A stretch of 64,000 bases of DNA from contig CBDCCK010000002.1 in NCBI GenBank assembly GCA_965214835.1, forward strand, positions 992,001-1,056,000, given 5' to 3'. Made by a program: the position numbers and the translations under genes. How positions within the stretch are numbered: the stretch's first letter is position 1; each line of letters opens with the position of its first letter. Below, piece by piece: positions 49,225 to 58,774 of this stretch. The notes under the pieces are model-generated. The model had not been told where the DNA came from, ran no database searches, and worked only from the letters and a program-made list of their open reading frames with translations. The DNA is from Nitrosopumilaceae archaeon (GTDB taxonomy: Archaea; Thermoproteota; Nitrososphaeria; Nitrososphaerales; Nitrosopumilaceae).

Positions 49225-52083
49225 GTGATTTTGTATAACGCCTCGACTGACAAGGAAACCCCCCCACCGGACACCGGAAAGTACATTCGCCTAGGCATTG
49301 TGGCGGTAATCGGCATAGTCATCTTCCTGATAGTGGGCAACCAGGCAGTCAGCCTTTCGATGAACTTTAGCGAGTTTGGGGACAAGTTTACCAAGCCGCT
49401 TTACTATTCCGTCGTCTCTGCATTGATACTTGCCTCAATAGCACTAATCAGGGTTAACGGATCCTCCAGATCCTCGGTGTTCTGGTACATACTTTCTACC
49501 ATGCTGGGATTTATCGGACGGAACCGGCATGAGCCGATTGCCACCAGCGTCCAAAGCTTTGCCGATTACAAGCTATCCGGGGTCCAGTTTGCAGTATGGC
49601 AGATAACCAAGGTACTGCTGTTTGGCGCGTTCTTTGCAAACATCATGTTCGGCTTTGCCGTGGTGTCTGTCGCAGGCGGCACGGATCTGGGACTGGCAAG
49701 CATCCCGATCCTGTTTACCCTGCCGTTTACGACCCCCCCGACTGATCCGTCGTTTGCAACAGAGAACGTAATCCCCATGGTACCGGCCCTGCTGGTCTTG
49801 ATCCCCCCGGTTTTAGGGGCGATAGGACTGAGGCTGATCCTTTATGTCGGACTAAGCTCCATAGTCAAGGTTGTAACTGCATACATCAAGGACTCCTCTG
49901 AGGGAAAGCCGCGATATCTGAACTACGTATCAACCGTTGAGGCGATAATCGGCATCGGTGTAATCTGGGCCGGATTCAACCTGTTCTTCACTGACTTTAT
50001 AGACTATAACACAAGGTATGTGATCGCCGGAACCCTTCTTATTGGATTTGCATTAATCGGATTTTCGGTTCTTGACAGGATACGTGCACGCGTTCTGACC
50101 CATATGTTCCAGCGTGATCTGTTGATCCGAATCGCCGTAATCGTCCTCATCGGGATCATAGTCGTCGCCCTGGTTGCAGCCAACGACAGCATTGCAGACG
50201 CAAAGAAGATCGAGTTTTTGGGACCCTACAAGGCACAGGAAATCGGCGTCAACCGGCATCTGGCAGAGCTAGACAGCATATCTGAGACGACGCATGATGT
50301 CAAGCTGGAATCCATCTCACCTAACAATATCAACAACTATGTAAGCCAGAACAGTGATCTGCTGAACGTCATCCGCGTGTGGGACTGGGAGGCCGCATCG
50401 GCCAAACTCAAGCCGGAGATCGGCCTGATTCCATATGTCGACTTTAACGATCAGGACATCTTGCGCTTTAACGACACCCTTTACTGGACCGCATCAATGT
50501 CACCCATCCTTCCAAACACCGTGGATCTGGGAGACAGGTGGTACAATGAGCACCTAGTGTACACCCATGTTCCCAACGGATTTCTTACCCTGGAGGCGAC
50601 CGGGGGGCAGATTGTCGACAGCAGTGAGTTCTTCCAGCAGCGCTCCATTTACTATGGCGAGGGCGGACTGCTGACAGACCAGTGGTCGGCATATCCGACC
50701 GATAGGGTAGAGTCAGATGAGCTGAACCAGGCATTTTACAACGGATCCGGCGGCCTTGACGTGCCTCCGCCACTAAGCTGGATTTTCGAGCCGAACTTTC
50801 TACTGTCCTTTCCAAGCGAGTCTGTCCACATCATGAGGTACAAGGATATCAACGACAGGATGGGAGCCCTGTATCCCTACTTTTTGTATCACATGTTTGG
50901 CCAGGACATTGACACGTTCCCCGTGACTGACGGCCAAAACACCTACTGGCTCGTCCCCCTAATCGTTGGATTTCAGGCCCACAATGTACCTTGGTCTGAT
51001 GGAAGCCCGTACCTGAGACTGGTGGGATATGCGCTGGTAGACTCGTATGACGGCGATATCACATTGCTCAAGACCGGCGATGACTTTTTTGCAGAGATGT
51101 TTGCAAGCCAGTACGATGATCAGTTCCAAGACATTCCCCCGTGGCTGGAGGAGCAGATCAGGTATCCTGCCGAACTATTCAACTGGAAGACCGATCGATA
51201 CAATACCTATCACGTGACAGACGTTGAGACATTCATCCAGGCAAACGAATTCTACGAGATTCCGCGGGAACTAGACACGTACTATATAGAGGCCAAACCC
51301 CCAGGATTTGAAGAGTCCGAGTTTGTCGGACTGCTCTCGCTGGAGCTAAAGGGATCTCAGGGAAGAAACCTTGCCGGCTATATGATCGTTGAAAACGATC
51401 TCTCAAACCTGGGCAAGATGAAGTTCTACGAGGTACCCCTGAACTCAACTACCAAACTAATCGGCCCTACCGCCGTACGTGAGGCACTAGACAAGGATCC
51501 TGATTTTGCACAGCTCAAAACCCTACTGAGAACCCCAAGAATCGGTGATAATATCCTGTATCGCGTGGGAGAGCACGACACATACTTTGTCCCGGTATAT
51601 ACTGCTGGTGCCGGCGGTGTGGTGGCACAGCTGGGAACCATTGCAGCAGTTGGCGCATCCTTTACCGGCGAGTATTATGTCGGCCTGGGCGACACCCAGG
51701 AGGACGCATTCAAGGCATATCTGCAGAAGCTGTCCGGCGTCGTTGCGCCCTCTACTAACGGAATAGACGCCTTGGAAGAACTAGACAGGGACGACAGAAT
51801 CGGCATTATTCATGCAACCTTCTCTGAGAATGGAATTACCGTATTGGAGCCCACTTCAATCCAAATTCCACTGTCATTTGAGAAGGGAAGCATAATCTTC
51901 TATACTAATGCGGAAACCGAGGATACCAAGGAGCTAATCTCTACCTTCATTGATGACTTTGTAAAGCCGCGGACCGACAGGGTATTCCTGTGGGAGGAGG
52001 ATGATATAGTCAGCATTGGTACGATTATTGTGGAGGATCAGATACCTGAAATCCACTTTATCTCCATAGAGGTGGGAAGCTAG
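49225..52083 (+). CDS. UPF0182-family membrane protein
   Basis: Multi-TM N-half; IRVWD, W.NEHLVYTH, IYYGE, VDSYDG.I, IRYP..LF. Confidence 0.85.
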   Translation: MILYNASTDKETPPPDTGKYIRLGIVAVIGIVIFLIVGNQAVSLSMNFSEFGDKFTKPLYYSVVSALILASIALIRVNGSSRSSVFWYILSTMLGFIGRNRHEPIATSVQSFADYKLSGVQFAVWQITKVLLFGAFFANIMFGFAVVSVAGGTDLGLASIPILFTLPFTTPPTDPSFATENVIPMVPALLVLIPPVLGAIGLRLILYVGLSSIVKVVTAYIKDSSEGKPRYLNYVSTVEAIIGIGVIWAGFNLFFTDFIDYNTRYVIAGTLLIGFALIGFSVLDRIRARVLTHMFQRDLLIRIAVIVLIGIIVVALVAANDSIADAKKIEFLGPYKAQEIGVNRHLAELDSISETTHDVKLESISPNNINNYVSQNSDLLNVIRVWDWEAASAKLKPEIGLIPYVDFNDQDILRFNDTLYWTASMSPILPNTVDLGDRWYNEHLVYTHVPNGFLTLEATGGQIVDSSEFFQQRSIYYGEGGLLTDQWSAYPTDRVESDELNQAFYNGSGGLDVPPPLSWIFEPNFLLSFPSESVHIMRYKDINDRMGALYPYFLYHMFGQDIDTFPVTDGQNTYWLVPLIVGFQAHNVPWSDGSPYLRLVGYALVDSYDGDITLLKTGDDFFAEMFASQYDDQFQDIPPWLEEQIRYPAELFNWKTDRYNTYHVTDVETFIQANEFYEIPRELDTYYIEAKPPGFEESEFVGLLSLELKGSQGRNLAGYMIVENDLSNLGKMKFYEVPLNSTTKLIGPTAVREALDKDPDFAQLKTLLRTPRIGDNILYRVGEHDTYFVPVYTAGAGGVVAQLGTIAAVGASFTGEYYVGLGDTQEDAFKAYLQKLSGVVAPSTNGIDALEELDRDDRIGIIHATFSENGITVLEPTSIQIPLSFEKGSIIFYTNAETEDTKELISTFIDDFVKPRTDRVFLWEEDDIVSIGTIIVEDQIPEIHFISIEVGS

Positions 52084-52303
52084 TCTATGCTCTTGTGGCC
52101 AACAGCCCCTGCCAGCCACCAAAGCACCCCTCCCCGGGCGAGGTGAAAAAGGCAGCAGGAACCGCATTGGATCCATGGGCGCGTCAGGGATCGGCATGTC
52201 CGGATCCCCTGATCAATACTGCCATCCCGGCATGTGCGGGTGCCAAATGACGGCATTCTGCATCAAAATTCCCGATCCTGCAAGAGCCAGGGAACGAGGC
52301 AGG

Positions 52304-52585
52304 TCACAGCCTGTCCCCATGAATGCAGTCAATACGCATCCTCAGTTCTTTTAGTTCTGCAACCAGCATGTTGTGCTCATCTGTATTGTCCTGGAGGGCA
52401 GATTCCCACGGTTCGCCGGACATGTCGCCGTGCGCATCCTTGATGTTCTGCCGCTCAAGCACCACCTGCTCAATCTGTTCGTTTACCGCGTCGATTTCTG
52501 ACTGGATCAGCATCCCACGTACCGAGGCAATCTCCGGCTTGGGAATTTTTGGATGTTGTAACCAGGGTGATATCGTTGCTGCCAT
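52304..52585 (-). CDS. Small hypothetical coiled-coil protein
   Basis: 93-aa ORF with helical composition, next to a MITE. Confidence 0.45.
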   Translation of the reverse strand: MAATISPWLQHPKIPKPEIASVRGMLIQSEIDAVNEQIEQVVLERQNIKDAHGDMSGEPWESALQDNTDEHNMLVAELKELRMRIDCIHGDRL

Positions 52586-52593
52586 TCACGCAT

Positions 52594-52763
52594 TAGACTT
52601 TATGCGTAATCGGTTCAGATCTATAGTGAAGAGCATAAGTTCTTCAACAACGGAAAGCATTTCCCTGCGTAGTTCATGCCCACATGTGTTGAAGAATTTT
52701 TGCTCGTCACTATAGGATTATTACGAACAAATTCATCTCATTCAGGTCGATTTGCATAGTCAA
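52594..52763. mobile_element. MITE family E copy carrying a nested insertion
   Basis: TAGACTTTATGCGTAATCGGTTCAGATC...GGATTATTACGAACAAATTCATCTCATTCAGGTC matches the reverse complement of 32297-32372. Confidence 0.82.
52624..52712. mobile_element. TA-targeting MITE (89 bp, IS630/mariner-type) nested in family E
   Basis: TIR TAGTGAAGAGCATAAGTTCTTCAACA / TGTTGAAGAATTTTTGCTCGTCACTA; TA duplicated; the empty site is seen in the 32297 copy. Confidence 0.85.
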
Positions 52764-52796
52764 CATATATGACATGGCTGATCAAGGGATTAAATA

Positions 52797-53681
52797 ATGC
52801 GCGAGACTGACGCCGTGACATGGCCCAACTTCTTTCATGTCGGCCCCACAAAAACAGGGACAACTACAATGTACCACATCCTGAGGGGGATCCATGGAAT
52901 GTACGTTCCCCTCGTGAAGGAACTGAATTACTTTACGCGCCGCATCAGCAAGAGGCAGTACCTCTCGTTTTACAGGAATGTCAGAGACGAGAAGATACTT
53001 GCCGACACCTCGCAATACTACTTTAGCGGTACCGCATGCCGGCGGATCCGCACAGTCAGGTCGGACGCAAAAATCCTGATCACCCTGCGGGATCCCGTCG
53101 AGCAGTTGTTTTCGAAGTTCCTGGTTGAAACCATAACGTGGCAATGGAGCACCCTCTCTTTTACGCAAACAATTGATCGCTTCACCAGCGACGACTATGG
53201 TGCCCTGTGTCGCGGCGACGTCGACAACAACCGCGATCTGCTGGATCTCAGAAAGTCAAACAAGTACTATTACTCCGAGCCACTGTCCATGTGGATTTCT
53301 GCCTTTGGGAGGCATAACGTAAAGGTGTTACTCCTTGAGGATCTGGTCGAAAACCCAGGGGATACGGTGGCAGGCCTGCTGGACTTTGTGGGAGGGGGGT
53401 GTACTGCCGACCTTGACTCGTTCGTCCTCAAGGCCCACAACAGCTTCCACGCCCACCCCTATATACCGCACAAAATCATAAATCGTATACCACCGTCATT
53501 CAGGAAACGCATCCCGTCTGGAATCAGGAGGTTTGCCCTCAAAAAAACCCCAAAACAAAGCAGGCCAAAGCCGCAGATGGATCCCTCAGACAGGTACAGG
53601 CTAAGGGATTTTCTCTGGGACGACGTTTCTGAGACAGAAAGGATACTGGGGCGCAGGCTTCCATGGAAGAACTTCCGATAG
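52797..53681 (+). CDS. PAPS-dependent sulfotransferase
   Basis: PNFFHVGPTKTGTT (5'-PSB loop), KELNYF, LRDPVEQLFS (3'-PB). Confidence 0.88.
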   Translation: MRETDAVTWPNFFHVGPTKTGTTTMYHILRGIHGMYVPLVKELNYFTRRISKRQYLSFYRNVRDEKILADTSQYYFSGTACRRIRTVRSDAKILITLRDPVEQLFSKFLVETITWQWSTLSFTQTIDRFTSDDYGALCRGDVDNNRDLLDLRKSNKYYYSEPLSMWISAFGRHNVKVLLLEDLVENPGDTVAGLLDFVGGGCTADLDSFVLKAHNSFHAHPYIPHKIINRIPPSFRKRIPSGIRRFALKKTPKQSRPKPQMDPSDRYRLRDFLWDDVSETERILGRRLPWKNFR

Positions 53682-53768
53682 TACCACGCATGTACAAAAG
53701 AACGCTGATAATGTAGCGAATCTGTTACAAAAGATGCGGAAGAATCAAAAAGTTCTTGGAGAAAGGTT

Positions 53769-53888
53769 GTAACAGGAATAGCCCTTAGGCAGGGTTGAAG
53801 TCACGACCACCTGCCGGACAGGCGTGAAAATCACAACTGCAAGCAAACGTGCGCCTGATTGTTGCTTAGACAGGGGCTATCATATTGC
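53769..53888 (-). mobile_element. Degenerate MITE family C copy
   Basis: GTAACAGGAATAGCCC..AGGCGTGAAAATCACAACTG..GGGGCTATCATATTGC; inverted relative to 53967. Confidence 0.65.
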
Positions 53889-53966
53889 GTCTAATGTATG
53901 GGGTCACGTCCCACTGCAAAAGGCCAGTCTGCAGCGAGTCCCTGAATATTTTTCATCAGATCTGCC

Positions 53967-54084
53967 GTAATAGGTTAGCCCCTGCCTAGGCAGCAATCAG
54001 GCACGAGCCTGTCTACAGTTGTGATTTTCATGCCTGACAGGTAAGGGACGTGACTCCAATTCTAGGCAGGGGCTAACCTGTTAC
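53967..54084 (+). mobile_element. IS66-type MITE family C (118 bp)
   Basis: TIR GTAATAGGTTAGCCCCTGCCTAG / CTAGGCAGGGGCTAACCTGTTAC; perfect 8-bp TSD GATCTGCC. Confidence 0.9.
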
Positions 54085-54130
54085 GATCTGCCTGAATCAT
54101 TAAATTAGCCCAGGCATCTTTTACAGCTCA

Positions 54131-54673
54131 TTGCTGCTGGTTGTGGATAATGGCTCTGTTTTTACAAGGAGGATATCCGATCTTCTTGAATCTGCCAAGA
54201 CAGAATATGATCTAAAGGCATTCTCAAGCATCAACCTGGAATCAATCTCCAAGTATCAGGCATTCATTCTGTCCGGAAGAAAGAGCAATGACAAAAAAAT
54301 GAACTCCGTCAACTCCAAAATAATACAGCACAGCGTCGAGAACTCGAAAAAACTCCTGGGAATATGCTATGGCGCAGAGCTGCTGGCCCTTGCCTTGGGC
54401 GGGACCATACGCAAGATGAGCTCACCACAGAAGGGCGAGGAAAAGATCACCCCCACCGGGCCCAATTCTCTGCTATCCGGCCCCATCACCGCATATGAAA
54501 GCCATGGCTACGAGCTTGCAAAACTAGGACCTCTTCTCGAGTCAACTGCCTCCTCTGACTCCTGCCTGCATGAGATGATCCAGCACAAGAGCAGGAAAAT
54601 CTTTGGAACCCAGTTTCACCCCGAAATGAGCGACGACGGCAGCCGTCTCATCGAATCGTTTCTTGACCTGTGA
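54131..54673 (+). CDS. Class I glutamine amidotransferase (GMP synthase A-like)
   Basis: VDNGS, LGICYG, ESH, GTQFHPE. Confidence 0.9.
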   Translation: MLLVVDNGSVFTRRISDLLESAKTEYDLKAFSSINLESISKYQAFILSGRKSNDKKMNSVNSKIIQHSVENSKKLLGICYGAELLALALGGTIRKMSSPQKGEEKITPTGPNSLLSGPITAYESHGYELAKLGPLLESTASSDSCLHEMIQHKSRKIFGTQFHPEMSDDGSRLIESFLDL

Positions 54674-54706
54674 ACGTTTTTAACAACTGCCCGCGGAAAT
54701 CCTGTC

Positions 54707-55663
54707 ATGACCTCTGAAGAGCATGACCTGCTGCTCCCTCTGGTGACCGAAGAGAACACCTGTCTGCCCCTATCCATAAACGTCGTATCAAAGTACTGGA
54801 ATGTCGATATCTCGATAGCCGAAGCGCAAGATCTTGCAAAAAAATACCCCGGCGTCAGCGGCAATGTCCTAATCGAAGGCATCGAGCTTGCCGAAAAACA
54901 CGGCCTCGTATCAAAGATAATCCACTCTGACACAACTGAGCTAAAAAAACTCATTGACATGGGGATCCCACCGATCGTAATCCTGCCCGGCATACAGGAT
55001 ATCGTTCAGCATGCCTCGGTAATATCCGGCCATGACCCTGATGACAGGACCATCATGCACTACATCCCAAAAATGGAGCAAGACGGGGCGTTTCACGTGG
55101 GCGTAATTCCCGAGCAAAGGTTTGATGATAACTGGTCTGAGGACGGAAGGCTCGCGATAATAATCGCACCCCCCGACGTCGCATCTGATCTCAAGTCATA
55201 CCGGGAGGAAAGGTCAAACCGCCTGTGCTTTGAGTCTGAAAGGTACAGTCTGACGAAAAACCCCGGCCGCACCATCGAGCTACTAAACGAGGCAGTATCA
55301 CTTGAACCGGACAATGTCACGGCACACTCCCTCCTGGGCTCGGCCCTCAATGATCAGAACTCCTCAGACTGCATCGAGCATTATGAAAAATGCATAAGGC
55401 TAAACAGGCGCTCCTATCTTGCCTACAGGGGGTTGGGGAACTATTTTCTTAAAACCAAGCAGTATGACAGGGCAGAACAGTACTATACCGAGGCAATAGG
55501 CATCAATTCTGAGAGATACGGGCCAATCTACAAGAACCGGGGCATAACGCGCCTGGAGCAAAAAAACAACCCCGGCGCCAGGTCCGATCTGGAGCAGTAC
55601 CTCAGGCACACCCCCGGCGCCCGGGATTATAAAAACATCCGGGAGGCAATCAGGGAACTATGA
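54707..55663 (+). CDS. C39-like peptidase domain plus TPR repeats
   Basis: NTCLP..V.KYW, QHASVISGHD; C-terminal TPRs (AY..LG, A..YY..AI). Confidence 0.75.
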   Translation: MTSEEHDLLLPLVTEENTCLPLSINVVSKYWNVDISIAEAQDLAKKYPGVSGNVLIEGIELAEKHGLVSKIIHSDTTELKKLIDMGIPPIVILPGIQDIVQHASVISGHDPDDRTIMHYIPKMEQDGAFHVGVIPEQRFDDNWSEDGRLAIIIAPPDVASDLKSYREERSNRLCFESERYSLTKNPGRTIELLNEAVSLEPDNVTAHSLLGSALNDQNSSDCIEHYEKCIRLNRRSYLAYRGLGNYFLKTKQYDRAEQYYTEAIGINSERYGPIYKNRGITRLEQKNNPGARSDLEQYLRHTPGARDYKNIREAIREL

Positions 55664-55691
55664 TTAAATATCGTACAGATGCAAAAACATC

Positions 55692-55865
55692 ATGGATGCA
55701 AGGTGTCCCGAATGCGAGCAGGTGGCGGTTCTGGACGACGAAATTACAAGGGTAAAATGCCCGCACTGCAACTTTGAGGCCGACTATGAAAAATACCTGG
55801 AAATAATGACGGATCAGGCAGTCAACATGGCAGCCGATTATGTCCCAAAACGCCCCGGCATGTAG
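55692..55865 (+). CDS. Small zinc-ribbon protein (57 aa; below the ORF-track cutoff)
   Basis: MDARCPECEQVAVLDDEITRVKCPHCNFEADYEKYLEIM...; two CxxC pairs. Confidence 0.8.
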   Translation: MDARCPECEQVAVLDDEITRVKCPHCNFEADYEKYLEIMTDQAVNMAADYVPKRPGM

Positions 55866-55870
55866 ATGTC

Positions 55871-55961
55871 ATGCGGGGCCGCCTCCACTATGCATCTAGG
55901 CACAAATTTGCACGCAGTTGTGACTTTCATGCCTGGCCAGCAAGGGGACGTGGCCACATAC
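55871..55961 (+). mobile_element. Degenerate MITE family B copy
   Basis: AGGCACAAA..TTTCATGCCTGGCCAGCAAGGGGACGTGGCCACATAC. Confidence 0.7.
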
Positions 55962-56161
55962 TAGCTACCAGTAGCTTCCCTTGTCAGAGCAGTCCAGATG
56001 GGCGCCGCAGTTGGGGCAGAACATGTGACATGCCTGCATGTGCGCCATCTTGCTTTCACACTTGGGGCATGCAACCTCCTCTGCCATACCAAACTACCTT
56101 TGAAAGTCATTAAAAAATATGTCCAAACCTTAATTAGGAGTTTTGGGAGTCTGGTGCATAC

Positions 56162-56569
56162 TTGACAAACTTCAAGGTCACAGTATCTGACGCAAAGGGA
56201 AAGTCAGTAACAAAGGAGCTAAAGGACAGCGACGCCACCGCACTGATCGGACTTGAGGTCGGCGGCGAGGCCGACGCATCCATAGTGGGGCTGTCAGGAA
56301 AAATCAAGATAACCGGCGGCAGTGACAAGTCCGGCGTTCCAATACGCGGTGACGTGCACGGGGGTGCAAGAAAGTACGTGCTGCTCTCAAAGGGGGTAGG
56401 ACTGCAAAAGGCAGAGACAGGCCAGCGCGTAAGAAAGCTTGTCCGGGGCAACCAAATATCTGAGGAAATCTACCAGATCAACTGCCGTTATGACGGGCAG
56501 CTGCCTGCCGAGGAGGCTCCCGCAGAAGAATCTGCAGACGGCGCAGATTCCGAAGAAAAGAAGGAATGA
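56162..56569 (+). CDS. rps6e: 30S ribosomal protein S6e
   Basis: FKVTVSD, ITGGSDKSG.P.R, RVRKLVRGN.IS. Confidence 0.95.
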   Translation: MTNFKVTVSDAKGKSVTKELKDSDATALIGLEVGGEADASIVGLSGKIKITGGSDKSGVPIRGDVHGGARKYVLLSKGVGLQKAETGQRVRKLVRGNQISEEIYQINCRYDGQLPAEEAPAEESADGADSEEKKE

Positions 56570-56600
56570 CTTAAGATACCCCGCCTGTAAATTTTTGACA

Positions 56601-57863
56601 TTGCACTGGAAAGAAACGCTTCCTGACTGGTATGTTGAAAAATACGGCTATCAACCATGCGTCAATATTGGTACGGCAGGGCACGTGGATCACGGAAAAA
56701 CAACGCTGATCCAGGCGCTTACCGGCAGCTGGACCAGCGTCCACAGCCAGGAGCTCAAGCGCGGCATTACAATCCGTGTGGGGTACTCTGACGCGGCGTT
56801 TTACAAGTGTCCCAAATGTGAGGAGCCACTTGGATACTCGACAGTCCCGACATGTCCCAACTGTAACGGCCAAAGCGAGCTGTCCCGGGTGGTCAGCTTC
56901 GTAGACAGCCCCGGGCACGAAAGCCTGATGGCCAACATGCTCTCGGGCTCTGCCCTGATGGACGGCGCACTGTTGCTCGTTGCATCAAATGAAAAGGTGC
57001 CAAGGCCCCAGACCAAGGAGCATCTCCTGGCACTCCAGACCCTTGGCATAAAGCAGATCGTCGTGGTTCAAAACAAGGTCGATTTGATCTCCTACAAGGA
57101 GGCAGTATCCAACTATTCTGACATCTCAAAATTCGTCAAGGGGACAAACGCCACAAGGGCGCCCGTAATCCCAATCTCCGCCCAGTCCGGACTGAACACC
57201 GACGCACTAATCGGCGCAATAGAGTCCACCATCAAGACCCCCGAGCGCGACGAGTCCAAGGACGCCATAATGCACGTGCTGCGCTCCTTTGATGTCAACA
57301 AGCCTGGAACGCCGATCAAAAACATCAAGGGCGGCGTTATCGGGGGGAGCCTCACGCAAGGCGGGTTCGCGGTCGGCGACGAGATTGAGATCAAGCCTGG
57401 GATTGTCAACTCCAAAAAGAACACGTACGAGCCCATCCGGACCGAAATCACTTCGCTGGGAACGGGCGCCGGGATAGTCGACTCTGTCAAGCCGGGAGGC
57501 CTTGTGGCGATAGGAACAAAGCTTGATCCCTCCTTGACCAGAAGCGACTCCTTTATCGGCTCAATAATCGGCAAGCCCGGAACACTACCTGAAAACTCCT
57601 CAAGCACTGCACTGGAGGTCAGCCTGTTTGATCTTGCCGTGGGCTCGCAGGAGGAGACCAAGGTCCTTCCGATACAAAAGGGCGAAAACCTGAGGCTCAA
57701 TATTGGCACCGCGCCGATACTCTCGCAGGTCTCCAGCGTAAGGGGAAGGGACGTAGCGCTTCAGTTCAGGAGGCCCGTATGCCTGTTTGAGGGCAGCAAC
57801 GTTGCTATAAGCAGAAGGATTGCCGACAGGTGGCGGCTGATTGGTGCCGGAGTAGTTGGCTGA
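56601..57863 (+). CDS. eif2g: Translation initiation factor 2 gamma subunit
   Basis: GHVDHGKTT, ELKRGITI, DSPGHE, NKVD, RSFDVNKPG, WRLIG. Confidence 0.96.
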   Translation: MHWKETLPDWYVEKYGYQPCVNIGTAGHVDHGKTTLIQALTGSWTSVHSQELKRGITIRVGYSDAAFYKCPKCEEPLGYSTVPTCPNCNGQSELSRVVSFVDSPGHESLMANMLSGSALMDGALLLVASNEKVPRPQTKEHLLALQTLGIKQIVVVQNKVDLISYKEAVSNYSDISKFVKGTNATRAPVIPISAQSGLNTDALIGAIESTIKTPERDESKDAIMHVLRSFDVNKPGTPIKNIKGGVIGGSLTQGGFAVGDEIEIKPGIVNSKKNTYEPIRTEITSLGTGAGIVDSVKPGGLVAIGTKLDPSLTRSDSFIGSIIGKPGTLPENSSSTALEVSLFDLAVGSQEETKVLPIQKGENLRLNIGTAPILSQVSSVRGRDVALQFRRPVCLFEGSNVAISRRIADRWRLIGAGVVG

Positions 57864-58224
57864 CGTTATCTGTGATACGAATTTTTTAATCCACCTGGCC
57901 ACCTCCAGGATTAAGAACATCTCGGGCCTGGATGCCGAGATAGGCCAAATCCGTTTTGTAGTCCCAAGGGTCGTGATATTCGAGCTTGGCAGGCTATCGG
58001 AGATCCCGTCCAAAAAGGGCAGGGCACTGGCGGCCCTTGATTTTGCCCGAGGTAAAAAAACCCTCGACATAGACGGGGACTTTGCCGACAAGGCAATCCT
58101 GGAACATGTCAGACTCCACGGGGGCATCGTTGCCACCCTGGACCGCGGCCTAAAGTCAAGGATCAAGGGCGCGGGGGGAAGCATACTCTCGCTCTCAAAC
58201 GACAGGATCGTCTTAGAGCCATAG
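57856..58224 (+). CDS. PIN-domain protein (Fcf1/Utp24-like)
   Basis: VICDTNF, EL..L, AD..I, VATLD..LK; follows aIF2-gamma as in many archaea. Confidence 0.85.
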   Translation: MADVICDTNFLIHLATSRIKNISGLDAEIGQIRFVVPRVVIFELGRLSEIPSKKGRALAALDFARGKKTLDIDGDFADKAILEHVRLHGGIVATLDRGLKSRIKGAGGSILSLSNDRIVLEP

Positions 58225-58680
58225 GGCTCTGTAATCTTGGCGACCCGGAATGCAGATCTTCCACGAAATCTGCCGTCTGTGGGGCCCTGCCGGGTTACTG
58301 GGATACGGATTTTGTTGACCTGACGGGTGGCAGTGCATCCATCGCCGGTAAAGCCAGATGATGCGCACCGGCGGGGTGTCCGACATGCACGGCCTGCACC
58401 CGTAGTGGCAGCATGACAGACGCGGCAGAAGGCCTCATGCAGCCAGTCGGCTGGGTGCGCCGCCGGGCGAGGTGCTTAGGAGGGCGGCGTGGAGGCTCCC
58501 CGGGATCGAGCGGACGGGCAGGATCCCGATGTCGGGCCGGAGAAGGCCATGAGGGTGCTGTCCAGAACGGACAGCGTGATCGCCCCCCGGAAGCTCCGGG
58601 GCGACATGCTCGAGGGGATCGGAGTCCCGTACTATAGCCCGCACATCAAAAAACGGATCATAATTTTGACACATCGTGCC
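58225..58680 (+). pseudogene. Degenerate IS6-like element remnant
   Basis: Starts GGCTCTGT; EKAMRVLSRTDSVI resembles an IS6-like C-terminus; end motif shared with 32662-32681. Confidence 0.35.
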
Positions 58681-58774
58681 TATTTCGATAAAAAAACATC
58701 CCGTTTTCAACTGTGCGCACTACACGACGGTCTGTAGATAAAGGCCGCCCTGATCTGGCTTTCTTCGGATCCGC

